Shown here: piece by piece, positions 13,095 through 24,710 of the stretch
How positions within the stretch are numbered: the first letter of the stretch is position 1
Layout: each line of letters begins with the position of its first letter
Origin: Vitrella brassicaformis CCMP3155
Lineage: Eukaryota > Protista > Chromerida
Assembly: GCA_001179505.1 (NCBI GenBank)
Contig: CDMY01000308.1
Span: 63,637-127,636, forward strand
DNA length: 64,000 nt
Reading direction: 5' to 3'
Position numbers and translations under genes: made by a program
Notes under the pieces: model-generated
Seen by the model: the letters and a program-made list of their open reading frames with translations, nothing else
What the model was told of the DNA's origin: nothing
The model's database searches: none

Positions 13095-14036
13095 TGAAGA
13101 AGAAGGTGGTGGTTTGGGGTAAAGAGGAGAAGCCCGTCAAGGAGCTGGATCCCGTCTCTTTGTGGTCGTTCCTCGAGGAGAAGGGCTACTTGTGCATAGC
13201 GTCTCGTTGAGGCTGACGCTAAGGTGGCCAAGCTGAACGAGGTATTCGCAGCCACGGTGGCGGCAAAAACAGAGGCCAAGGTGAAGCTGGCGGCTCGAGA
13301 GGCAGCCACCGAGGCTGTCAATTCCGCTCGTCCTGTAGCCAACGAAGAGGCCAAGGGTGACGATCGAATTGTTCAGCAGCACTGTTAGCAACAGCGCTTG
13401 GAGGCGAATTTTTACCAGTTCATGCGCACTGCTGCCAACGACAATGCCGAGATGTTGGCGGTCATCCGCGATGCTCAACAGCAAGGACTGGGAGCTCGTG
13501 CGATGTACTTAAGTGTGCACTATACCTTCGCCAGCTTCCCCGTCAAGAAGGTAAGAACAATTGGGTAAGAAGCAATCAATCCATGCAGCCCTGCCTTGTA
13601 TATGCGTACGCCTGTCGTTTCGACAGAGACGGTGTCGGTGACTCGACGAGAGCACAAGTTTGTCGTCAGAGACAGCCCACAGAGGACACTCAGCTTTACC
13701 GGGGCCTTCCTGAAGTAGAGACACACACCGCCAAGTGAGGGCCAGACACGAGCTGCTACGTGGAATGGATACCATCCGAGACAGATAAAGAGCCATTGTG
13801 GATGGCATGCTATCAACAACGTGTGTGCGGCGAAAACAAACTTTCTCTGGACGACATGCAGGACATCGCCAGTGCGTGCTTTGTCCAATTTTGTTTGGAT
13901 CATGGAATGGGAGAGGAGAAGTGGTTCTTCACTCGCGATCCTGTGCATGGAGACATCAATGGCAACTACCATGATCAAGTGCTCGATGAGGTGTTCTTCA
14001 GCAATTCAAAGTCGCCAGAAGGACTCAGCAGAGAGG
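13095..14036 (+). pseudogene. Josephin (ataxin-3/JOSD-like) deubiquitinase pseudogene
   Basis: 13770-13826 reads YHPRQIKSHCGWHAINNVC. After a frameshift at about 13821-13828 (extra TG) it continues GENKLSLDDMQDIA...HGDINGNYHDQVLDEVF. In-frame TAGs upstream at 13386-13388 and 13716-13718; donors at 13551 and 14037. Confidence 0.65.
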
Positions 14037-15559
14037 TCGGTGCAGCACATACGAACACACACAGATACACATACAGACACATCGTTACAGGTCTATAATT
14101 GTTATAGGTGGTTGTTGACACGTGTGTGTGTGTGTGTGTGTGTGTGCAGTGGTCAAACAGGGTGACACCGACGGCGTCATGCAACTGGAGCTTAAAAAAG
14201 CCAGCGTCAACAAAAAGTATTCATCACAGACAGACCCCGACGAGCTTTCGACGCCCCTCTCTCTCCTCTCTCTGTGTGTGTGTGTGTGTGCGTGTCTGTG
14301 TGGGTGGGTTGGGTGCTCTGTCTGCGTGTCTGTGCGGATGGGTTGGGTGTGTGTGCAGGACGCTACAACAGCCTACAGCGACACACAGCTCAGAGACAGG
14401 TGCATTTGCACTACTCCGACGCTCCGCAAGGCGTCACGACACCGACTCTGTGTCGAGTCAGAGCGTCGTCAAGCATACATGTACAATGTACGCCGCCCTC
14501 TATACATACACACAACAAGGAATCCATCACATGTCTCTCTGACTTGTGTCGATCTGCTCTCAGGCCACCGCGTTTCTGCGGGTAGGGGTGAGTCGTTTGG
14601 TGCGTGGGCGTTGGTGGATGGTGAGGTTGCCTCGCAACTTCACGACGACGCTTCGGTAATGTGTCGAGCTGGCCGTTGAGGAGCAGATCGACAATGAGCT
14701 TACAGCTCACCGTTCGCCGTCCGTCGGGCAAACTGCACATCGACCTTCACTTGAGCATCAACAGGGTGCCGCCACCAAGGTTCGACGACACCGACGAAGA
14801 GAGATGGTTTGTGTCATGGGCAGAGGAAGCATTATGAGAAGAGCAAAGGACAGGTGCACATTCTTTTAAACGCCCCACGGTTACCTTCAAGTGTTCTCTC
14901 TCTCTTCGCTTTGCTGCTGGATGTGTGTCTCTTTCTGTGTTTTCCCACAGGATGATGTCCACGGACATGGCCGTTGTCGAGTCTATCAAGGGGGAGACCA
15001 CGTGCTATGGGCTGTCGGCAGTTCGGAGGCTTTGCAATGTTTCAGAGCCGGCATGATTTAATGCAATTCGGTAGAGACACGCACACGCAGCCTCACCTGC
15101 CAGTTGCCATGTTGTCTATTGCTTGCGTTACATCTGTAATATCAGTTGTCGAGCCTGCGGCTTTTTGGTTGCATCAACCGACAGCCCCCTCACGGACAGC
15201 ATCAGGCTGCAGTCCGTCTACCGGTATGTGTGCAGCCAACAAACACACGCAGAGACACAGAGACAGAGAGAGAAGGAGAGAGCATTGTCTGTCTGTACGT
15301 CAGAACATGGCGGGACGGCCCCATTGTGGCCGATCTGTTGCGTTGTGTCGGCGACAGGCGGCGTCTGGTGTTTGTGATATGCAATGACCACCACGTCTTC
15401 GGCGCCTCCGTCGTCCATTGTCACTTTTCTGATGACACTGCCGGGCTTCGGACTCAAGTTGACGTCCATGCTGGTGCAGGTCGGTCAGTCTGGTTTATCA
15501 ATTTGAGATAATCTATTGGTGTCTTTTTTTGACTGTTCGTTCCTGCATAGTTATTTCTG

Positions 15560-16439
15560 TACGATTTGGCTGATCTGAAGCCTTCGGTCGAAGTCATGGG
15601 GGACGTCGAAGAGGATGAGATGATCGAGCCCCCTGCATGGGTCGACACCAACGTGAAGAAATTCATGGGGCATGTGTCGGGCGACTTTGTTCGCAATCCG
15701 GACACCGTTTCCCGCAGGATGAGCTCGTAAGGGGCATTACCTATTATTAACCCCCCTCGTGCTTTTTTTCGCTGGTCTCTGTCTTCGTTTTGTGGCAGGA
15801 CCATGAAAGGTCCCGACGCAGAGGAGACCTACAAGCGGACAACACACGTGGGGACGGTGGGTATGTGGATGTACCAGAATCTCTGCAACGAGAAATCGTG
15901 CAATACCTGTCCGCTGGGCGTAGCCATCCCGTCCTTCTATCGTCTCGATGACCGCCGAAGCGTGGCAGATCTCGACGGTGCCGAGGATGGCAATGGAGAG
16001 ACAATGGAGAGCGAGGTCTGGAGCCGCCCCACCAGCCTGGGAATAGCCTAGGCTGGCAGCTGCAATGGACCGACTTGACCCAGGATACGTCAGCCCCGCA
16101 GTTTTCGACCAGCTCGAGGATGCGTTCAACGACTTCGTCCGGCAGCAGCGCCTGTTGGTGTTGGGATGGACCAAAGGAGGGCTCTCCCGCACGAACACAG
16201 CGACGCTCGTCACATCCACCTGGTATTGTGTACGTCAAGCGATAAGCCATATGCATTCTTGTGTGTGTGTGCACCTCTGTGTGTGTGTGTGTGTGTTTGT
16301 GAGTGCAGCCCCCGCCGTCTGCTGCCTATCTCAATCCAGCGCAAGGACGCACAAAGAAGACCGACACCTTCGTCTCCTTTCCTCACCGCATGCTGCTGAC
16401 CACGGCTATGGACCACGGGGGCGTGACGCGCTAGAATAA
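15560..16439 (+). pseudogene. Decayed hypothetical gene fragments
   Basis: Codon-like segments (LKPSVEVMGDVEEDEMIEPPAW...; DVPESLQREIVQYLS; MDRLDPGYVSPAVFDQLEDAFNDFVRQQRLLVLGW) bounded by splice sites but broken by TAG at 16044-16046 and frame changes. Confidence 0.3.
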
Positions 16440-17253
16440 AATACATCCGCTACTAATAGGCATCCATTCCAAGTAGATTCATTTCGCAGGACAGGACACA
16501 CAGCTTTTATTAAATTGAAGACACATACGTGTTCACTGCCTGCTTATTCAATTGTGCTTACTCATTCATCCACTATTTACAGCGGTACGTCCGTCTTTTA
16601 AAGCACAAAGCCATTCACACCATGACACCCTCACATACAAATCGACCCCATAATCAAGCATATGCCAACTAAGCCCACCCTCACACACGCAGTGGCACAC
16701 CCTCAATCAATGCATCCTTGATGCACAATACAACTCTTGATGACTCTCTCTCAGCGCATTGCCAGTCGTGCAACTGCACACACACATAAAATCCACATTC
16801 ATATCTCGAAGCTGGTAGTAATTGAGCCCTCTGTTGATCGACATACCCGATACAGTCCGCTCATCTCCACATGAGGGCGGTTGGCCGCTGTCTTCGTCCG
16901 TGTCATCCTGCAGACACACACACGCAGAGACAGACGGAGTGTGCGTGTCTGTGTGTGTGTGTGAGACAGAGAGAGCATATCTACGTAGCACTCCCAACTC
17001 ACGCACACGTCAGTCAGATTTATACATGCGTCCATCCGATGGATCAATCGCTCAGAGATCTCGGTGGTGTATTTTTCATCCCCACTGGCCAGTGGGTCGA
17101 AAGTAGCAAATATTCACATTCTCATCACAGCAAGCTGGATGGACGGACGGACTGACGGCGGACGGCCACCCACTCACTCACTCACTCGCATGTCTACACG
17201 TTACCTTTGTGAGCAATCAGCGGCTGCACACGTCTGTTGGTTCACTGGACGAA

Positions 17254-20200
17254 TCAGTAGAGTCCGCCTCGCCACCATGGCGGCCCCGCCTCGATGCGAG
17301 TGCCGTTCAGCTCTAGTACAGCCGCGTGCAGACCTGCACAAGACACACACACACACACACAAACACACACAGGCACACACGTACACACACCCCTCTGCAC
17401 ACGCCCATCTGTGCGAGTATCGTACCGATCGGTATTTCCGGCTCTGCTGCCGTGTCCATCAGCCGCTTGGCCGCCATGGGTCCGTTGGTCGTTGTGGGGG
17501 CGACCTGTTCGTCTTTCTCCGATAGCGTGTGGACGAAAAAGCCGCTCATCGGTGCGTACCTACACCAGACAAAGCACCATTTGCAGGTATGTGACTGTGT
17601 TTGGCGTGTGTGTGTGTGTGCTGCGTACATGGTGTCCCCGACGATCGGCGCCCCCATTGCTGCAAACTGTGCCCGCAGCTGGTGTGTACGGCCTGATGAT
17701 GAAAAGCACACACGCATTCATGGACTGATCGGTGTGCGCAGGTGTGCCACATACACCATGGCACATACCAGTGATGAGCTCAACTTGTAGCTCATAGTAG
17801 GGAGATGCCCCGTCCTGACGACACAGCAGCATAAGTGCATCCATGTGTGGCTGGCTGGATACATGCTTCCCTTCCCATCTCTCTCTCCCTCTCCCTCTCC
17901 CTCTCTCTGTGTGTGTGTGTGTGTGTGCGTGCGTGTGTGTGTGTGTACCTGCAGCAGCCCTTCCAGCCTCTGCTGCATTCTCGCCTCGTTTTGAGAACTG
18001 CCGACACACACAGGAGTCACACAGATATACACCTTCCCAAACACAGACGGATCTACTTCCGCTCACTCACATGGTTCTGTCCCATTCTGCGTCGATCGCA
18101 AAGGCAGGCCACTCATCAGAGGGGGGCGGGGCGGACCGGTCGCTGGCTGACATCTGCACAAGTACACACACACACAAAGAGAGAGATGGAAATGTGAGCA
18201 TACAGATCCGTGTGTACGCGGACCGTCAGCTGGTCGGTGACATCAGTGCACGAGAGCACCACACACTTGCAGTCCTTCCAGCCGTCGATAGGCGACTCGC
18301 TCACGAGACGGGGCGCCTGCGTGTTGAGGTTCAATGCTGGACCTGCACCCATCCAGCGTGAATGCATTGTGTGGACGAGTGCATGGGTGTTGGGGTGAGG
18401 GAACCTGGTGGCATGTAGTGCTGGATGACGCCGTTGTCGAATGGCTTCCGCACCAGGACACGGTACACCTTGCGCATCTCGCCGATCGCCCGCTCTGCGT
18501 CTGCATGAAGGTGGGCCATATGCCCATCCAATGGGCGAGACGGTCACCCACCTACCTGCAGCTGAGCCATCGGCTGACTGCTCCTCCCTGAATCACACAC
18601 CAGACACCAGACACACACCACACACACGACGGGAAGATACACACGCACATACAGCTGTCCTTGAGCCCGCATAGACGGACGTACACGTGTGTGGCTTTGC
18701 CGTTGAGAGATCTGTGTTCCATCCACCGCGTGAAGTGCCGCGCGGCCTTCTTGCGGCGGGCCACGCACACCAGCCCGGTGGTCGCTATGTCCAGCCGATG
18801 CAGCGCTATGAGATCTGCAGCCAGTCCCACAACGCGCACCGATGGATGGATGGATGGATGTGTTGTGTGTGCCTGTGTCTGTGTCTGTGTCTGTGACTGT
18901 GTGTGAGTGTGTGTATGCTTGCGTGCGTACTGTCTTCCTGCAGGCCTCGTTCAGCGGCACCGTGCAAACACTCCCTATGCAGGATACACACGTATGCCTC
19001 CTCAATGTCAACGCGTGTGTGTGACTGTGTGTGTACCTGTAGTTGGACACATGTGGCTGGCAGGGCAGCCCAAAGGGCTTCTCGAGCACCACAAAATGCT
19101 CACACGAATGGCGCACACGCGACGGCCAGTCCACATGCACACCTACACACACACAGAGACACACTAATGTATCCACCCGGATGTGCCGCGTGTGTACGTC
19201 CCTCCTGCGCACACAACGCACCTCTCTGTCGCTTGGGTTTGAGGTGCACTCTGATGAGAAACCGCTCGTTGCCTTTGATGCTTATGGCCCCGTCTATCCG
19301 GTTGCGCCGGTAGTGGCTCTTCAGCTGGGCTCGCAATGTGGCGGCGGGAACTGCGTGCACACACATGGACTGTCAGGACGGTGTGTGTGCTGTCTGTGTG
19401 CGTACCGTTGTCAGCAGGTGGGTTCTCTGATATGTACACGCAGCCAAGGTCGATGAGCCACAAGGCGCCCTCCCTGTCAGGCACCTGCGCAGACGCAAAA
19501 GCCCACACGCACAGACAGACACTCATGGAACCGGCATCCTCTCTACATGCGCACACACCTGTGGCAGTGCCTCCATAATGACGTCTGAGAGCCGATACTC
19601 ACCCTCATGCTGACAGATGACAACACACAGACAGACAGAGAGACAGACAGAGAGACAGACAGACAGACAGACAGCTCTACACAGGAGTCCGTCTTGTCCC
19701 TCCTCACACACACACATACCGTCTCATCTTTGAGTTTCATCTCGATGACGTAGACGTCCTGCCACTGGTGCCCCAGGGTGCTGGTGTACCCACTGCGCGT
19801 CCACGTGAGGTTGCGCATCACCTGCTGCCGACAGGAGGACGGGGGAAACGGGTGCAGAAAATCTCGCTCGTCGCCCTGAAACACAGGCAGACAGATGACC
19901 CACAGACGGACAGATTGATTCACCATCATCCACATGGTTGCTTGTGTCCCGTATGCGTGTGTGTGCGTCATTCTCTCACTTTGAAAGGCGTCAGGGCTGC
20001 ATGTTTTCTTCTCCTGCCTTCTGCTGGGGCAGGGTTGAACTTGGAGTAGGGCAGAGATGGGTCGCTGACACAACATTCATCGCACCAACACAGACAGACA
20101 GACAGACAATACAGCCAAAGCAGGCAGGAATCATCCGTTCAGATCTGTGCATAGTCGTGTGCGCTGATCTGTCCATCCATTCACCGACCTGATTAATCGG

Positions 20201-20262
20201 AAAGATCCAGCCTGGAATAGACCAAAGGCAAGCAACACAACAGCACAGACGAGCGCTAGCAT
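17254..20262 (-). CDS. RluA-family RNA pseudouridine synthase with signal peptide + transit-like leader (probably plastid-targeted)
   Basis: Motifs VVLEKPFGLPCQP, catalytic HRLDIATTGL (about 18770-18800), GRTHQLRAQFAAMGAPIVGDTMY (about 17630-17692) and GLHAAVLEL; stop at 17254-17256. Exon 1 (20189-20262) MLALVCAVVLLAFGLFQAGSFRLIS joins in phase to DPSLPYSKFNPAPAEGRRRKHAALTPFK. Confidence 0.9.
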
Positions 20263-20607
20263 CCGCCGGAAAACGCCGCGTTCTGCAACCCCGGGTCAGC
20301 ATCTTCAAGCTCGCAAAAATCACGCCAGCATCTCCTCTCCTCGCATCTCCCGCCATTCTCCGTCCTCTGCGTGTGTGAGCACTCCCTCGTGTGAACGGCA
20401 ACAGCAGATATGGCGTTGCTTGCAGTTTCATGATACTGAGATGAGGACCGGCGAGATGAGCTGATCTGCGGCATTGGTGAGTGAGAGAGTGAGGCTGACA
20501 GTGATGCTTCTGTCAGACTGTCTTGTGTGTGTGTTTGTGTGTCGTGTTGCAGGCTTCTCGTGCAGATTTTGGTACTTCTGACTGTCTGTCTGTCGGTTGG
20601 TTGATTG

Positions 20608-21933
20608 ATGTCCAATCCTCGCGAGGAGGTGCAGAAGCTGAAATGGCAGGCGGCAGCCATCAGCGGCGCATGTGCAGGTACGTCACTCCCCCCCCCCCCN
20701 NNNNNNNNNNNNNNNNNNNNNNNNNNNNNNNNNNNNNNNNNNNNNNNNNNNNNNNNNNNNNNNNNNNNNNNNNNNNNNNNNNNNNNNNNNNNNNNNNNNN
20801 NNNNNNNNNNNNNNNNNNNNNNNNNNNNNNNNNNNNNNNNNNNNNNNNNNNNNNNNNNNNNNNNNNNNNNNNNNNNNNNNNNNNNNNNNNNNNNNNNNNN
20901 NNNNNNNNNNNNNNNNNNNNNNNNNNNNNNNNNNNNNNNNNNNNNNNNNNNNNNNNNNNNNNNNNNNNNNNNNNNNNNNNNNNNNNNNNNNNNNNNNNNG
21001 TACGTCACTCCCCCCCCCCCCACACACACACACAGATCAATCTGGGAGTCCATCTGAGTGCCTCACTCATTGGCTGCGTTCTCTCTCACTCACTCCCTCA
21101 TTCATTCAGGGATTGTGGGCAGCGTGCTTCTGCAGCCACTGGACCTGATCAAAACAAGACAGGTGGGTGCAAAATACATACACACGCACACTCACACTCA
21201 CACTCACACGGTGACCATTGCATGGTCGTGTGTATGTATGTATGTGTTTCCATCAATGTGGTCCTATCTGCAGCAACAGCCCAACAAGGCTCCCGAGGAG
21301 ACCCGTTTCCTCCGCGTGGCCGCCCAGACACTCAAGGCAAACGGACTCAGGGGACTCTGGCGGGGAGTCGTCCCCACCGTGTAAGTATCCCCCCCTCTCA
21401 TACCCTTCTCTGTTGACACGTGAACATGCCTATGTGTGTGGTGGGGATTGTCAGGTTTCGTGTTGGGCCTGGCGCGGCGCTTTACTTCACCTGTCTGCAC
21501 CTGCTGCAGACCAACTGCCCCGCAAAATGGTGAGGGTCGTCAGGGAAGGAGATTGACTGTGTGTGTCCATCCTTGCGGAGCATCCTTGCGGATGTGTGTG
21601 TGTGTGTGTGTGTGTAACATGGATGTTGATTGACCAGGCGCCAGAAGCCGCGGGAAGGTGTGCATATCGGCGACTATTTCAAGAGCACGTTCAAGAAGAA
21701 AGAGGAGAGGCGGAAAGAGGCACTGGGAAAAAAAGACCAGAACGGTACTCAGACACCACCCATATCCACCACGAGCACAGACACACCTACATAGGCGCCG
21801 TGTGTGTGTGTGCAGGTCTGTCTGAGGGGTTGGGTGTCAAGGGCGGTTGCCCCCACGCGCCTACACCACCACCAGCAATAGGTACTCCCACATGTGCACG
21901 TGAATGTCAACGTGGATGTGTGTTTTCACGTGC

Positions 21934-21964
<31 letters not shown>

Positions 21965-23339
21965 GGAGCACCACCGAGCGGCGGCGCGACCCGTCAGAGG
22001 GCACCCCCGCCAGCTGGTACAACCTGCTCGCAGGTGCCACGTCGAGGACCTTCTCAGCCACTGTCCTGTAAGCCACACGCTTCCGCGAATCTCAATAGAG
22101 AAGAGGACGTACATGCACAACTGTGTGGTATGCATCCGTGCAGGTCTCCTGTGGCTGTGGTCAAGACGCGCATGGAGAGCACGGTGGCCTACGGCGAGCA
22201 GGCCGCCGCCAGGGCGAAGGGCGTCACCATGAGAGGTCGGCACGCGCGCAGATGTCCATCCATCCATCCATCCGAGTGTGTGTCTGTCCATGATTCAGGT
22301 GTGTTTCTGTACATATGGCGTCACGAGGGCGTGTTGGGTTTCTACCGGGGTCTACTGCCCACATTGGCGCGTGACGTGCCGTACAGCTCCATCTACTACA
22401 TGGTCTACCAGAAGATCAAACACACAATCGGACTCAACAACAAACACGAAAAGGGATATGTCGTCAAGTACGTGGCACCATGTATCTGCACACATGTGTG
22501 TGGGTGACATGTGTCAATGTCTTCCTCTGTGTGTGGGTGCAGGAACTTCGCGTGCAGTGCGTCGGCAGGTGCATTCGCCGCGTTTGTGACACACCCACCG
22601 GACATCGTCAGGACACGACTGCAGCTGCAAATGGCGGTATGGATGACACACACACGCACACACGCACACACTGCACAAACCCCATCTGCACACATACACA
22701 CTTGTCTGTGTGCATGTGTGCAGATGCAGCCCCCCTCCCCCTCCCCCTCTCCCGCCCCCTCCCCTCCCCCCATGGCTGCCCCCGCTGCTGCTGCTGCTGC
22801 TGCTGCTGCGGGTGTTCCCGCTGCTGCGCCTGCTGGTCAGCCGGCCTGTGTGCACGTGTTTGGCGGTCGTGTGAAGCTGGGCAGGGCGCTCAGCGAGGCC
22901 TACAGGATCGTCATGCAGGAGGGGGTCTGGGCTCTATTCAGAGGGTACGCCCATATGGAAGTGGATACGAGCATGTGATGTACCTGTGTTTGTGTGTGCG
23001 TGAGTGTGTGTGCAGGATAGAGTCGCGGTTGCTGAAGCGCACTTTGGCGGCCGCCCTGACCTGGTGAGTGAGACGATGGCATGGCTCTGCATGTCAATGT
23101 GTGTGTCTATGTGCAGGACGATATTCGATGAGATATCGAAGTTCGCCAACAAGTGCGTCACGATCGGCTCCACAATCCCATGTCAGCACCGCCAACACAC
23201 ACATGATGCACATTTGCGGAGGCTCACGCCCTTCGTCCTTCTTTGCTTTGTGTGTGCAGACACGGTGACCAAGGCGCCCTCCCCCGCCCCCATCGTGTCC
23301 GCCGACGGACCGCTGTCACTCGCCAAAGACAAGTCATGA
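20608..23339 (+). CDS. SLC25A38: Mitochondrial carrier, SLC25A38/Hem25-like glycine transporter, multi-exon
   Basis: Carrier signatures QPLDLIKTR and HPPDIVRTR, plus GLWRGVVPTV..RVGPGAALYF, GFYRGLLPTLARDVPYSSIYY and RLLKRTLAAALTW, which are characteristic of SLC25A38/Hem25. Stop at 23337-23339. Confidence 0.8.
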
Positions 23340-23675
23340 CCACACAGAAGGCCGACAATCGCGTGTTTTGCTTTTGTGAGTTGCGCGTCTCGCTGAGGTT
23401 TCGCATTCAGTGCGTGCAGTGATTGACCGATTGCACTGCATGTAGAGAGACGGACGGATGCATCGATGGAGATGCGGCGGCTCACTTGTTGTGTGTATGA
23501 TTTTTCAACTCTCTTTTCCTCGCCTTGTCTCGTCTCTTCTCGTCTTGTATAGCTGTTTCTGTGTGGGTGTGATGACTGTACATGCCGTCTGCATGCGTGT
23601 CTGTAACACTGTTTTGCTAGTGACGCACAAAAGAATATATCAGGGCTTAGGAGCACAACACAGCAAACACACGGG

Positions 23676-24560
23676 TCAGTGCTGCCCCCTCCCCCGCACA
23701 GAGAGGGATGGCTTGACCATGTAGACCTCCTTCAGTCTCTCCAGCTTCACCCACTGACGCACATAAGGGTCACCCATACTCTCGAGTGCGTCAAGAGTCA
23801 CATGCTCACCGCCACGCGGCCTCTGTCTGTCTCTCTCCCTGTCTCTGTCTCTGTCTCGTGGCTTTCCATCCTTTGGATCCGACCCCCCCTCCCCCCCATG
23901 TAGGTATATCCGCATAAAGGCCGAGTAGTCGCTTCCGCAGTCGACGAAAGTGGGCAACACTTGACCCTCACAAGCCATCGCTGTCGCAGCAGACACCGGC
24001 GGGCTCCCCGCCCTCTGCTGCATGTTCTTCAGCACACGGGCCTTCTGCCTGCACACAAAGCGCACAGACACACTCACATGAGTAAATGCATTCTCACCGT
24101 CTGAGTGGAGGGATCACCACACTGACTTGAAATGGTTTGCGAGTGCGGGAGAGGTCGATGGGAATGGGGCCTTCGGAGAGAGCTCGTCATGGTGCTCGTT
24201 GACGTACCCCTGGGCGAAGGCCATCTCCAACTCGCCGTTCTCGTCCACGGGTGCCGCCGCAAAGAGGCTCTTGAAGTCATGCTTATCGGTTCGTGACTGA
24301 GTGTGCCTGCTGTCCTCTCGTCCGTCTTGTAGGCTGAATGTGAGAGATGGCCTGGCAGCAGCGGCAACAGGGCTCCTTGGCCGCCTCTGATGCGTCATCT
24401 TTCGGCGACAAGGTTTGTTGTCGAGACTGGGGGCCGATGGGGGGGTGAGAGGATCGCATCTGTTCAACCAACGAATCAAGCCACCCTGCCTTGAGCTCAT
24501 CCGAGGAGTCGACGTGGTCGGCAATTCCATTGCTTCATACGACAGCAGCGCCGTTTCCAT
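23676..24560 (-). CDS. Hypothetical protein or fragment
   Basis: Codon-like segments (KHDFKSLFAAAPVDENGELEMAFAQGYVNEHHDEL; QKARVLKNMQQRAGSPP) with splice-like boundaries; frame across the junction unresolved. Confidence 0.25.
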
Positions 24561-24710
24561 TGGTCACCGTGGCCAAGAGGACATTGTCGGCTACCTCACC
24601 GGTGTGAGGATTCGAGAGGACATGGGTGGCTGAGATCTAACCACCCCATCGGAACACGCAATCAGACCGTGGTTTCCATAACATGACGTCCAACTTGACT
24701 GCAGCTGCAG

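Noticed and set aside
14950-15060. GGDHVLWAV as the missing His motif of the Josephin pseudogene
   Set aside because: Weak match to HW[FV]xxR and no in-phase exon path to it.
11787-16439. Amber codon reassignment to explain in-frame TAGs
   Set aside because: Intact genes here end in TAG (VTT gene at 11393), and the affected region also has frameshifts.
20679-21020. Direct repeat gtacgtcactccccccccccc on both sides of an N gap
   Set aside because: The same donor sequence and poly-C flank both contig ends, so this is overlapping contig ends and an artefact, not a biological repeat.
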